Below, in pieces: positions 49,009 through 58,773 of a stretch of 64,000 bases of DNA. The position numbers and the translations under genes were made by a program. How positions within the stretch are numbered: the stretch's first letter is position 1; every line of letters starts with the position of its first letter. The notes below the pieces were generated by a model that saw only the letters and a list, made by a program, of their open reading frames with translations, was not told where the DNA came from and did no database searches. This DNA is from Alphaproteobacteria bacterium (GTDB lineage: Bacteria > Pseudomonadota > Alphaproteobacteria > UBA828), in contig CBDEFM010000002.1 of the NCBI GenBank assembly GCA_965237415.1, positions 3,136,001 to 3,200,000 of the forward strand, given 5' to 3'.

Positions 49009-50100
49009 ATGGCAAACATCAAGCTGGAGCTGGTGGAGCTCCGCAAGGAGTTCGGCGACCTCATCGCCGTCGACGACGTGTCCCTCGGCGTCGAGGAAGG
49101 CGAGACCATGGCGCTGCTGGGGCCGTCGGGTTGCGGCAAGTCGACGACGCTGAACATGATCGTGGGCCTGGAGCCGCCCACCTCGGGCGATATTCTGATC
49201 GACGGCAAGTCGGTGCTGGACGTTCCCCCCGGTCAGCGCAATGTCGGCTTGGTGTTTCAGGACTACGCCGTCTTCACCCACATGAATGTCCGGCACAATC
49301 TGGAGTACGGGCTTCGCGTACGTGGCATGACGCGCCCCGATATGGAACGGGAGGTGGCGAAGGTCGCAGCCTTCCTCAATCTCGGCCATCAGCTCGATAG
49401 CAAGCCTCTGGAACTGGGTGCGAGTGAGCTGCAACGGGTCGCGATCGGGCGCACGCTCGTAACCAACCCCGAGATCCTGCTGCTCGACGAGCCGCTCAGC
49501 AACCTCGAAGCCGAGATGCGCAACCAGATGCGCCGCGAGCTCCGGCGCATCCAGGCCGAGACCGGACAGACCATCATCTATGTGACCCATGACCAGATCG
49601 AGGCGCTCTCGCTGGCGCACCGAATCGCGGTCATGGATTTCGGTGCGCTCAAGCAGTACGACACGGCACACAACGTCTACCACTATCCCGACAACACCTT
49701 TGTCGGCAGCTTCCTCGGCAACCCGCCGATGAACTTCGTGCGCGGGCAGTTCGGCCATGACGGCAACCGTCCCGTCGTGGCGCAGAACGGCTCGATCATT
49801 CCCGTGCCGCCATCCAGCGCCGCGGGATTGGGCGACGGCGCCGAGGTGATCGTCGGCATGAGGCCAGAGTCGATGTTGGTGGCGGAAGCGGGCGACCCGG
49901 AAGCGTTCATCGCCTCGGTCATCGCGGTCGAGCCGCAAGGGCCGGAGACAGTTCTCACGGTGCGGCTCGGCCAGACCGACCTGAAGCTGATCGTGGCGAC
50001 CGGTATGCAGGCCCACGAAGGTAGCGAGATCACAATCCGGCCGGACGCCGAGCTGCTGGCCCTGTTCGACGCCGCATCGGGCGTCCGCTTCAGGGCGTGA
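49009..50100 (+). CDS. ABC ATPase 1 (degenerate signature)
   Basis: GPSGCGKS, VFQ, LGASELQR in place of LSGGQ, LLLDEP, YVTHD. Confidence 0.92.
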   Translation: MANIKLELVELRKEFGDLIAVDDVSLGVEEGETMALLGPSGCGKSTTLNMIVGLEPPTSGDILIDGKSVLDVPPGQRNVGLVFQDYAVFTHMNVRHNLEYGLRVRGMTRPDMEREVAKVAAFLNLGHQLDSKPLELGASELQRVAIGRTLVTNPEILLLDEPLSNLEAEMRNQMRRELRRIQAETGQTIIYVTHDQIEALSLAHRIAVMDFGALKQYDTAHNVYHYPDNTFVGSFLGNPPMNFVRGQFGHDGNRPVVAQNGSIIPVPPSSAAGLGDGAEVIVGMRPESMLVAEAGDPEAFIASVIAVEPQGPETVLTVRLGQTDLKLIVATGMQAHEGSEITIRPDAELLALFDAASGVRFRA

Positions 50101-51206
50101 GCCGGGCCATGGTCGAAACCCTCCTGGAGCTTCGCTCCATCTCGAAAAACTTCGGCGCCGTGCAGGCGCTCAGGGAGCTGAGCCTGGAGGTTCCGCGCGG
50201 CTCGCTGATCGTGCTCCTGGGCCCGACCGGGGCAGGCAAGACCACCACCTTGCGGATCGTCGCAGGGCTCGAGGCACCGACCTCGGGCGAGGTATGGGTC
50301 GAGGGCCAGAACTTCACCAAGCTGCAGCCCAACCGGCGCGACATCGCCATGATCTTCGACAATCTCGCGCTCTACCCCAACAAGACGGGGTATGAGAATG
50401 TCGCCTCCCCGCTCAGGCTCGCCAGGATGCCGAAAGCCGACATCAAGAAGCGGGTCGACGAGATCGCGGGGCTGCTCAAGATCGGGCACATTCTCGGCCG
50501 CCTGCCGGCGACCTTCAGCGGCGGCGAGCGGCAGCGCGTCGCTCTCGGCCGCGCCATGGTGCGCGAGCCGCGCTTCTATCTGCTCGACGAGCCGCTTTCG
50601 AGCCTCGACTTCATGCTCCGCATCGAGCTCAGGACCGAGCTGAAGCGCCTGCAACGCGACCTCGGCCGCACCTTCGTCTTTGCGACGCCCGACTACACCG
50701 AGGCGCTGGCGCTTGCGGACACCGTCTGCGTCTTGCTGGAAGGCGAGGTGCGGCAGATCGCCAAGGCGCAGGAGCTCTACGACGAGCCGGCCGACCGCGA
50801 CGTGGCCCGCTTCGTCGGCAACCCCAAGATCAATATCGTGCCCGGGCGGCTCTCGCGCGAGAACGGTCAGGCCAGCCTCACCATCGGCTCGATGGTGCTG
50901 CCGCTACCCGACCGTATGGAGCACGGGCTGCCGGCGAACTTGAGCGAGGTCGAGGTGGGGCTCCGCCCCGAGCACGTCCGAATCGTGGCCTCGGCGACCG
51001 AGGAAACGCACCGCACAGGATTTGTCAACGACCTCGAGCCGCTCGGCATGCACACGACAGTCGGTATCGACCTGGCGGGGATCAACCTGGCGTTGACCGT
51101 AGCCGGCGTGCAGGAGTTCAATGACGGCGACCGGGTCGACGTGCAACTCGATACCGAGACCCTGCTATTCTTCGACCCGATCTCAGGGCGTCGGGTCGGA
51201 AACTAG
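50097..51206 (+). CDS. ABC ATPase 2 (degenerate Q- and H-loops)
   Basis: GPTGAGKT, MIFDN, FSGGERQR, YLLDEP, FATPD. Confidence 0.92.
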   Translation: MSRAMVETLLELRSISKNFGAVQALRELSLEVPRGSLIVLLGPTGAGKTTTLRIVAGLEAPTSGEVWVEGQNFTKLQPNRRDIAMIFDNLALYPNKTGYENVASPLRLARMPKADIKKRVDEIAGLLKIGHILGRLPATFSGGERQRVALGRAMVREPRFYLLDEPLSSLDFMLRIELRTELKRLQRDLGRTFVFATPDYTEALALADTVCVLLEGEVRQIAKAQELYDEPADRDVARFVGNPKINIVPGRLSRENGQASLTIGSMVLPLPDRMEHGLPANLSEVEVGLRPEHVRIVASATEETHRTGFVNDLEPLGMHTTVGIDLAGINLALTVAGVQEFNDGDRVDVQLDTETLLFFDPISGRRVGN

Positions 51207-51306
51207 CAAACCCGGCAGCACGTCTGCTCCCCTAATCCCTACGAGCGGCCGTCGCCGGTACCGGTGGTCCGCACGGCGTGGGCTAGAGACGAGGGAGTGA
51301 ATCGCC

Positions 51307-52161
51307 ATGCCGAAGACCGCACGCGCCGATACGCAGACGGCAAGCGCCGAAGACGAAATCACACAGGCGACGATCCAACGGGTCGAAGAGAGCGCCGAGG
51401 GGCGGATGCGGGATATCCTGCTCAGCCTCACCCGCCACCTGCACGGCTTCATCCGGGAGGTCGAGCCGACCGAGGAGGAGTGGCTGGCCGCCATCCGCTT
51501 CCTGACCGAAACCGGCAAGAAGTGCGACGAGCGCCGCCAGGAGTTCATCCTCTTGTCGGACACGCTCGGTGCCACGATGCTGATCGACGCGATCAACAAC
51601 CGCAAACCGGCCGGCGCGACCGAGACCAGCGTGCTCGGGCCGTTCTATCAAGAGGGGGCGCCCGCTTACGACAACGGCGCAGACCTGGCGGACGGCGTGA
51701 CCGACGGCGAGCGGGTGCTCGTCTCCGGCAAGGTGGTCGATCTCGACGGCGCGCCGGTTTCAGGTGCGGTGCTCGATATCTGGCAGACCGGGCCCAACGC
51801 CATGTACGCGGCCCAGGACCCGAACGGGTCGTTCAGCCTGTGCGGCCGTCTCGCCACCGGGGCGGACGGGCGTTACTGGTTCCACACGCGCAAGCCCGTG
51901 AGCTACACGATCCCCGGCGACGGCCCGGTCGGTGCCATGCTGGAGGCCGCCGGCCGCCACAACTGGCGCCCCGCCCATATCCATTTCATGCTCTTGGCGG
52001 CGGGGTACGAGACGCTGGTCACCCAGCTCTTCACCGACGACGACCCCTATCTCGGGTCCGATGCCGTGTTCGGCGTCAAGGACTCCCTGGTCGTCCACTA
52101 CGAGTCGAGCGATGAGGGCCTGCGCCTCGACCACGATTTCGTCATGACGGCCGCGCAATAG
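51307..52161 (+). CDS. Intradiol ring-cleavage dioxygenase (hydroxyquinol/catechol 1,2-type)
   Basis: RQEFILLSDTLG, VLGPFY, DIWQ, YTIPGDGPVG, RPAHIHF, SDAVFGVK. Confidence 0.92.
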   Translation: MPKTARADTQTASAEDEITQATIQRVEESAEGRMRDILLSLTRHLHGFIREVEPTEEEWLAAIRFLTETGKKCDERRQEFILLSDTLGATMLIDAINNRKPAGATETSVLGPFYQEGAPAYDNGADLADGVTDGERVLVSGKVVDLDGAPVSGAVLDIWQTGPNAMYAAQDPNGSFSLCGRLATGADGRYWFHTRKPVSYTIPGDGPVGAMLEAAGRHNWRPAHIHFMLLAAGYETLVTQLFTDDDPYLGSDAVFGVKDSLVVHYESSDEGLRLDHDFVMTAAQ

Positions 52162-52497
52162 GGAGGGCGCGCCGTCCAGGCCCTCTCGGACGAGAGGCGC
52201 CAGCACGTGGTCAATTCGGTGTCGAGCGGCCTCGGCTCGCGAGTTTTGTGACGGGCCGGCGACTCGAGGGTTTCACGTGCGTGTCAAACTGCCGCTGCAG
52301 GGTACCCGCCATCGAGATTCGTCCGGTTCTCTCTATCTAGTTGTAAAGGTGGAACTATTGTTCGTTTCCCCAGTTCCGGTGCAGGCGACGCTGGACATGC
52401 CGCCGCGGGCTGTCCAAGATGAGCGACCGTGATTAGGGCCGCCTCGCGGTGAGAAGCAACAACGCGGCGCGCGGCATCACAAGGTATGGGGAGCGCT

Positions 52498-53904
52498 ATG
52501 GGTGATCCTGTCGATGCCTTGACAACAATTTTCACCGAATCCTACTACTGGATTACGGTGGTCATGATGTTCCTGATTCACGCCGGGTTCTGCACCTACG
52601 AGGTAGGCGCATCGCGGCGCAAGAATGTTCTCCACACCCTGATGAAGAACACGATGCTGATCCCGTTGGTCACCGTCACGTTCTTCTTCTTCGGGTGGTA
52701 CGTCTATTTCGCATTTCCCAATGTTCCGTTCGCGTCCGGCGGATTCTCCGATGCGTCGTTTGCGGAGCCGTGGAACGAGTTTATGGGCGCGCACATGCAG
52801 GACCGCATCCTTGGCGTGTTCTGGGCGGCGTTCCTGCTCTTCTCATGGACCACCGCCTCGATTGTCTCGGGCGCGGTGATCGAGCGTATCAAGACCAGTG
52901 CGTTCCTCATCTTCGCGGTCCTGATCGGCTCCTTCACCTGGATCCTCGACGCAGCCTGGGGCTGGCACCCGGGCGGCTGGATGGTCCAAATCCTCGGCTA
53001 TCACGATGCTTATGCATCCGGCGTGGTGCATGCCATCGCCGGCGGCTCGGCACTCGGGATCCTGTTCGTGCTGGGGCCGCGCATTGGCAAGTTCGGGCCG
53101 AATGGGGAGGTGAACGAGATCAAGCCGCACAACCCCTGGCTGGTTACGGTCGGGCTGTTCCTGATCTTCACCGGCTTCTGGGGCTTCTATGCGGCCTGCA
53201 ACGTGCCGATCATCGATATCGGCGGCGAGGCGGGGACCTTCTTCTCGGCCACCAACATTTATCTGATGCCGACGACGCTGTCGGCGATCGTCTTCAACTT
53301 CCTGATGTCCTTCTCGGGCGGTCTGATGGCGGCTTACATCGTCACCAGGGGCGATCCGTTCTGGACCTATTCAGGCGGCCTCGGCGGCATCATTGCGGCC
53401 TCGGCCGGCAACGATCTCTATCACCCGTTGCAGGCGCTCTTCATCGCTGCGGTCGGCGTGGTGTTCATGATCTACATGCACCGCTGGGTCGAGCGGCGGT
53501 TCAAGATCGACGATGCGGTCGGCGCGGTCGCCGTGCACGGTTACGCTGGGTTCTTCGGCGTCATCGTGTGTGGCTTCGTGCTTTGGGGCTATCCGGCCGG
53601 GAGCCCGATGTTTGGCGACTACTCCGCGCGCGAGGCGTCGATCGCGCTGTTCGAAACCCCGGAAGGCCTGCCGCAGATCAATCCGGTGGGTCAGATTCTC
53701 GGGGCCATTATCATGTTCTGGGTGCTGGGTTTCCTGCCCTGCTACGTGCTCGCCCGGGTCCTGCAATACTTCAACATGCTGCGGGTGCCGCGCGAGGTCG
53801 AGCTGGCGGGTCTGGATACGCATCAACTCGGCGATGCGTATCCCTACCATGCACACCAGGAAACGGCGTTCGAGAAGATCGAGCGTACCTACGCCAAGGA
53901 ATAG
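52498..53904 (+). CDS. amt: Ammonium transporter family protein (divergent)
   Basis: SIVSGAVIER, SGVVH, LGPRIGKF, IDDAVGAVAVHG, ELAGLD. Confidence 0.9.
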   Translation: MGDPVDALTTIFTESYYWITVVMMFLIHAGFCTYEVGASRRKNVLHTLMKNTMLIPLVTVTFFFFGWYVYFAFPNVPFASGGFSDASFAEPWNEFMGAHMQDRILGVFWAAFLLFSWTTASIVSGAVIERIKTSAFLIFAVLIGSFTWILDAAWGWHPGGWMVQILGYHDAYASGVVHAIAGGSALGILFVLGPRIGKFGPNGEVNEIKPHNPWLVTVGLFLIFTGFWGFYAACNVPIIDIGGEAGTFFSATNIYLMPTTLSAIVFNFLMSFSGGLMAAYIVTRGDPFWTYSGGLGGIIAASAGNDLYHPLQALFIAAVGVVFMIYMHRWVERRFKIDDAVGAVAVHGYAGFFGVIVCGFVLWGYPAGSPMFGDYSAREASIALFETPEGLPQINPVGQILGAIIMFWVLGFLPCYVLARVLQYFNMLRVPREVELAGLDTHQLGDAYPYHAHQETAFEKIERTYAKE

Positions 53905-53913
53905 GAGGCGAAG

Positions 53914-54168
53914 ATGGCTTCGACCGGCTTGGACTCCTTTACCAATCCCGCCGAAATCGGCGCTATGTACCCTGGTGTGGGCGTCGAAACGGCGATGGTC
54001 GGGATTCTCGTGGCCCTCTGGTTAGGCTGGCACATCATCCAGATAAGCCAGGAGGAAACCGAGTATCGCGAGGCGGTGAAGCTTTACCGCGAGGTCGGCA
54101 TGGAGCGTGCTATGCACCATGCGGCCGGTGCGATCGCGACGGCGGACGAGGTGCAGATCAAGAGCTGA
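53914..54168 (+). CDS. Small membrane protein coupled to amt
   Basis: GGAGG RBS, IGAMYP motif, one TM helix, followed by a terminator. Confidence 0.7.
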   Translation: MASTGLDSFTNPAEIGAMYPGVGVETAMVGILVALWLGWHIIQISQEETEYREAVKLYREVGMERAMHHAAGAIATADEVQIKS

Positions 54169-54193
54169 TCTCTCATCTCCGTCGACACAACAC

Positions 54194-54225
54194 GGGGCGG
54201 GCCTTCGGGTCCGCCCCTTTCTTTT
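54194..54225 (+). terminator. Rho-independent terminator
   Basis: GGGGCGGGCC-TTCG-GGTCCGCCCC then TTTCTTTT. Confidence 0.85.
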
Positions 54226-54228
54226 CGG

Positions 54229-55089
54229 CTATTGGGCGCCGGTGCCTTCCGTCAGCGCCTGCCGTGCGTCGGCAATGACGGCGCGGAATTGCTCGAGCGG
54301 TAGCGCGCCGCCAATCAACTGATCGCCGATGACGAAGGCCGGTGTCCCGCCGATGCCGAGGACGTTGGCGAGCACGGCGTTCCGCTCGATCAACGCATCC
54401 AGGGCGGGCTCCTCCATGTCGCGCGCGAGGCGCGCGTCATCGAGGCCGACGGAACGGGCGACCGCGAGGATATGGTCGAGGTCGAACGGGCCATCGGCCT
54501 CCATCAACGCCCAGTGAAACGCCTCATAGTTACCCTGGTTTCGCGCCGCCAGCGCCGCGTGCGCCGCCACCGTCGATTCCGGCCCCAGAATCGGGAACTC
54601 CTTGTAGACGAGGCGCAGATCGTCGTTCTCCGCCAGCAGGGTCTCCAGGGTCGGCCTGACGCGCCGGCAGTAGCCGCAGCGATAGTCGAAGAACTCGACC
54701 AGCGTGACCGCACCGTCGGGATTACCCGCGACCGGCGCCTCCGGGTCGAAGAAGATTTCGTCGCGGTAGCGCTGAATGGCCTCTTTCGCCTGTTCGGCCT
54801 CCCGCGCGGCCCGCTTGGCCTGCAGCGCTTGCTGGGCCTCGATCAGCACCTCAGGGTGCTCGATCAAGTACTCGCGGATGATCTGCCGGATGGCGTCTAC
54901 CGGCAGGTCACCGGCCGATACCGCGGGTGCCCCGGCGCCATCGGCGACAGTCTTGGCGGCGGTGCCGGGATCGCACGCGCCGTCTTCCGCGCTCTCTGTA
55001 TCGCAGACGACCTCCGCCTGTCCCGGCTTGGCGGCGGTGAGGGCAAGGGCGAGCGCGAGCCCCGTTGCGGCAAGGGTGCGGGCGAGCAT
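54229..55089 (-). CDS. DsbA-family (Com1/ScsC-like) thiol oxidoreductase
   Basis: IREYLIEHPEVL, EFFDYRCGYC, KEFPILG, GTPAFVIG; signal peptide. Confidence 0.92.
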   Translation of the reverse strand: MLARTLAATGLALALALTAAKPGQAEVVCDTESAEDGACDPGTAAKTVADGAGAPAVSAGDLPVDAIRQIIREYLIEHPEVLIEAQQALQAKRAAREAEQAKEAIQRYRDEIFFDPEAPVAGNPDGAVTLVEFFDYRCGYCRRVRPTLETLLAENDDLRLVYKEFPILGPESTVAAHAALAARNQGNYEAFHWALMEADGPFDLDHILAVARSVGLDDARLARDMEEPALDALIERNAVLANVLGIGGTPAFVIGDQLIGGALPLEQFRAVIADARQALTEGTGAQ

Positions 55090-55159
55090 TGTGTGGCTCC
55101 TTGGCATGAAGGGGACGGAGAGTACCTGCACGGCGCCCCCGTCGCCAGCCCGCGCAAGA

Positions 55160-55196
55160 CGCCGCGCAGACCGTGGCATTGGTGAGAAATCCGGGC
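55160..55196 (-). repeat. End remnant of the palindromic repeat fused to the EamA stop codon
   Basis: Minus strand TA+GCCCGGATTTCTCACCAATGCCACGGTCTGCGCG. Confidence 0.7.
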
Positions 55197-56071
55197 TAAA
55201 GGCGCACGGTGCGGCGGACGCGGAAGCGGAGCATTGCCAGAACGAGGCCGATGAGGACGAGCCCCACGCCCGCAAGCCGTTGCGGCCCCAGGCTCTCGTC
55301 GAGCAGCAACGCGGTGCTGATGAGACCCGAAATGGGAATGACGAGCGAGAAGGGCGTCACCAGGTAGGCCGGATAGCGGCGCAGCAGGTAGCTCCACAGC
55401 ACGAAGCCGAAGCAGGTGGCAATCAGCCCGAGGAAGAAGAGCTCGCCGATGGTCACCCAGCTGATGGCGGCGAGCGCGGTGAAGGCAGCCGGTCCCCCTT
55501 CGAAGACATAGGAGAGCGCGAGCAGCGGCAGCACGCCGATCAGGTGCGCCCACGCGATCAGGCGAAGCAGATCGTCGGTGCCGGCGAGCTTGATGATCAT
55601 GTTGGAGCAGGCCCAGCTCACCGCGGCGACGATCACGAAGCCGAGGCCCACGAGGGTCGGCCCGCCCGGGAGGGTAAGGCCGATGATCCCAATGCCCGCA
55701 CCGGAGACGGCAATTCCCAAATATTGGGCGCGCCCCGGCCTCTCGCCCAGGATTGCGAAGGCGAAGATCGTGGTGAAGAAGACCTGGGACTGGAGCAGCA
55801 GGGAACTGAGCCCTGCCGGCATGCCGAACTCCATGCCGAAGAGCAGCAACGACATCTGGATCGTGCCCTGGGTCAGGCCGAGGCCCAGGGTCCAGTACCA
55901 GGCGATCGCCGGCGGGCGGAAGAGAACCAGCACGGGCAGTGCGGCGGTGGCGACGCGGAGCCCGGCCACCATCAGGGGCGGCAGGGCGTCGAGCAGCTCC
56001 CGCATGACCACGAAGGAGAAGCCCCACAGTACGGTCACGGCGAGAGCGAGCGCGATGTGGGCGATGGACAT
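55196..56071 (-). CDS. EamA-family exporter
   Basis: LWGFSFVV, GMPAGLSSLLLQSQVFFT, VTPFSLVIP. Confidence 0.9.
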   Translation of the reverse strand: MSIAHIALALAVTVLWGFSFVVMRELLDALPPLMVAGLRVATAALPVLVLFRPPAIAWYWTLGLGLTQGTIQMSLLLFGMEFGMPAGLSSLLLQSQVFFTTIFAFAILGERPGRAQYLGIAVSGAGIGIIGLTLPGGPTLVGLGFVIVAAVSWACSNMIIKLAGTDDLLRLIAWAHLIGVLPLLALSYVFEGGPAAFTALAAISWVTIGELFFLGLIATCFGFVLWSYLLRRYPAYLVTPFSLVIPISGLISTALLLDESLGPQRLAGVGLVLIGLVLAMLRFRVRRTVRL

Positions 56072-56128
56072 GGGGCAACTGCGTCGCGGCAGGGCCGGGA
56101 GCGGTGTCGCGTCCGCTCCTAGCGGCGG

Positions 56129-57124
56129 CTAGCCCGGCGCGGCCTCCGCCGGTTCCGGACGCTTGCGGCGGCGCAGGATGACGAAGAAGACGCCGAGCAT
56201 GAGGCAGACGAGCGCGAGCCAGACCCAGTGACTGTGGCTCTCGCCGAAGAACAAGATGCCCCAGCCGATGCCCGCAAGGGCGACGATGAAGTTCACCGTC
56301 GAGAAGAAGACCGGCCCCAGGAAGCGGATCAGCTCGACGAAAAGGTAGATGCCGAGGGCCTGGACGAAGAAGGCGGTGATCAGCGCCCAGTCGGCGGGCT
56401 CCATCCTGCCCTCGAACCACCACCATCCGTCAGTCGCCGCCACCACGGCGAGGATCGGGAGCGAACCGAAGAAGAAGTAGCCAAACGCGAAGTGGAGCGA
56501 TTCGGTCGCTGGCGGGCGCATCAGTGCAGTGGCGAGGCTGGTCGTCGCGTAGCCGATCGGCAGCAAGAGCGCCAGCAGAATCCAGGGCACCAGCTCCCGC
56601 GAGGGCAGGCTGGTCTCGGGCACGACGAGCAGCGCGACCCCGACGATGCCAACGCCGAAGCCGAGGACCCGTGGCCACCAGATTCTCTCGAGCCTGAACG
56701 CGACGGCGCCTGCGTAGGTCAGGATGGGCGCCAGAACCACGAGCATGCTGATGATGCCGGCGGGCACGCCCTCGCCGCTGACGTAGCCTACGGTCAGGTA
56801 CGGCACTCCATAGCCCGAGACGCCGGCGACCGCGTAGGAGCTCACATGTCTGAGCGTTAGCGGCGGCGCTCGCCCTTGGCTGAGCGAGAGCAGCAGGGCC
56901 ACTGCGGCCCCGCCCATGCCCATCAACAAGACGAAGCTGGTGAGGGGGATGCCACCCGCGATTCCGACGCCGGTGAGGGAATAGCTCAGCCCGTAGAGAA
57001 CGCCGGTGAGGAAGAGCAGCGCGACCGCGATCCAGAACCCGGCCGGCCGCGCGGCCCAGCGCCGGGCACGGCCCGAGCGAATGGCGGAGAAGTCGCTAGA
57101 GAACCGGGGGTCCTGGTGTGCCAA
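56129..57124 (-). CDS. DMT/EamA-family transporter (start uncertain)
   Basis: About 10 TM helices, GPVFFSTVNF, WGILFFGE. Confidence 0.8.
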   Translation of the reverse strand: MAHQDPRFSSDFSAIRSGRARRWAARPAGFWIAVALLFLTGVLYGLSYSLTGVGIAGGIPLTSFVLLMGMGGAAVALLLSLSQGRAPPLTLRHVSSYAVAGVSGYGVPYLTVGYVSGEGVPAGIISMLVVLAPILTYAGAVAFRLERIWWPRVLGFGVGIVGVALLVVPETSLPSRELVPWILLALLLPIGYATTSLATALMRPPATESLHFAFGYFFFGSLPILAVVAATDGWWWFEGRMEPADWALITAFFVQALGIYLFVELIRFLGPVFFSTVNFIVALAGIGWGILFFGESHSHWVWLALVCLMLGVFFVILRRRKRPEPAEAAPG

Positions 57125-57163
57125 AGGATGCGGGCCCGACGGCCGTCGGCACCGCCAAGGGCC

Positions 57164-57436
57164 TTAGGCCGCGTCGTTGCTCCCGGCGCGGGACTTCTCC
57201 CGCCACCGCATCGCCGGCCTGATCGCCATCTTGAAGATCCCGCCCACCAAAACGAAGATCGTGACGTAGATGAAGAGAATCCCGACGACCCCGTATCCAT
57301 CTTCGGCCGGTAGCAGCGGCGCCATGAAGATACTCGTAATGACGCAGAAGAGCAGCGCCGCCACCAGCGACGGCCCTTCGCCGGAGCGCCAGAGCTGGCG
57401 CAGTCCGCGCATTCGCTGGTCGTTCAAGATAGCCAC
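57164..57436 (-). CDS. Small two-TM hypothetical protein
   Basis: Two hydrophobic segments, co-oriented with neighbours. Confidence 0.5.
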   Translation of the reverse strand: MAILNDQRMRGLRQLWRSGEGPSLVAALLFCVITSIFMAPLLPAEDGYGVVGILFIYVTIFVLVGGIFKMAIRPAMRWREKSRAGSNDAA

Positions 57437-57558
57437 GGCCGTTCCCCGTCAGTTGTCGCCCGGCATGTTAGCCGAAGCCGGCCGCTGGGCAAGCCCCTCC
57501 TGCCTCCGGCCTGGTGCCCATGCGCGAATTTCGTGGCGCATGAACCGGTGAAACACTG

Positions 57559-58614
57559 TTACGCAGGTAGGCGCGCAGCCGCTGCCTGTTCCAGGAGCCC
57601 GCTCCGAGCTGCGAGCTCCATCGCCCGGGGGATCTCCACGGTAATCGGCCCGTCAGGCTCCAGCACCACCGCCACCCGGTCCTCGGGCCCGAAGGCGATT
57701 TCACGCTCGCCGTCGAGCGCCACCACGCCGCGTGGGAGCCGGATTGGGTGCGCCACGCCGGCTTCCAGGTCGAACACCCGTTCGATCCCGATATCCGCCA
57801 TCAGCCCCGGCGCCAGCGGTGCCGAAACCGTCCGCGCCGCCTCCGGTACCGCGCTCAGATCTAGGGCGACGCCGGTCGGCGCATCGCGCGAGACCGGGCG
57901 CACGAGGCCGGCGATCGAGGAAAGGCCGATGGCATCGGCCTCGGCGAAGGTCACGAACAGCTGGTCGAGCGCGTCGGCCCGCCAGAGCGCCTTCGCGCCG
58001 GTCCACGCCGCGCCGCTGACGCAAACATCGACGAGCGCAATGTCCCGCGGTGCGTCGTTGACCGTCACCCGGAGCACCTTGTTGCGGCGGGACGCCTCGT
58101 CACGCGATAGCGCGCCGGTCGCCACTAGCCCGGCCGCGAGGCCTGCGATGGTCGCTTCGCGCATTATGGGGAAGACGTTGTTGGTGCCCGTGGAGAGCGA
58201 GGTTAGGGGCACGCCGTCGCTGGCCTGGGCGACCAGCCGGTTGGTGCCGTCGCCGCCGAGCACCATGATCCCGCCCACGCCCTGCTCCACCATGCGGGCG
58301 GTGGCTTCGAGCGTGTCGGCGGGCGAACCCTCGATCGGCATGTCGAGAAACTTCACCTCGGGCCAGACCTGGCCCTCGGGCGGGCCGAGCTCGATTGCCC
58401 GCTTCACCCGGGCGGCGATGCCGCTCTCGTCGGGGATCAAGTAGCAGGTGCCGACGCCGACCGCGCCGAGGGCCGAGAAGATGCGCGTGATCATGTTGCG
58501 CTTCTCGGCGATCGGGAACACCGATGCCTGGGCGACGAGGCGCCTGATGTCGCGGCCGGCAGCGGGGTTGGCGATGATGCCGATCGACGAGCCGGTTGGG
58601 ATTTCTCTTGCCAT
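57559..58614 (-). CDS. acoX: ATP-NAD/AcoX kinase-family protein
   Basis: GIIANPAAGRDIRRLV, LGGDGTNR, STGTNNVFP, ALDGERE; GGAG RBS. Confidence 0.8.
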   Translation of the reverse strand: MAREIPTGSSIGIIANPAAGRDIRRLVAQASVFPIAEKRNMITRIFSALGAVGVGTCYLIPDESGIAARVKRAIELGPPEGQVWPEVKFLDMPIEGSPADTLEATARMVEQGVGGIMVLGGDGTNRLVAQASDGVPLTSLSTGTNNVFPIMREATIAGLAAGLVATGALSRDEASRRNKVLRVTVNDAPRDIALVDVCVSGAAWTGAKALWRADALDQLFVTFAEADAIGLSSIAGLVRPVSRDAPTGVALDLSAVPEAARTVSAPLAPGLMADIGIERVFDLEAGVAHPIRLPRGVVALDGEREIAFGPEDRVAVVLEPDGPITVEIPRAMELAARSGLLEQAAAARLPA

Positions 58615-58773
58615 ATCTCCTCCGCGAGGGCTTATAGCCCGGCCAGCGGCGTGGCGCCATGCGTCTCTCGCTATTGCCCGATCTTGTGACCCGTGCATCC
58701 GCTTCGTGTAGAAACGGCAGGCGGCAAGCCATGCAGGGTTCGCCGCGCAACGCACGACAGAGGAAGAAGCGTC

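Noticed and set aside
54229-55275. Extended 348-aa DsbA N-terminus
   Set aside because: The extension crosses the repeat remnant and the EamA end; a signal peptide begins at ATG 55089
56121-56145. CTAGCCCGG as another repeat end
   Set aside because: Lacks the following ATTTCTC core; it is the EamA C-terminal coding sequence
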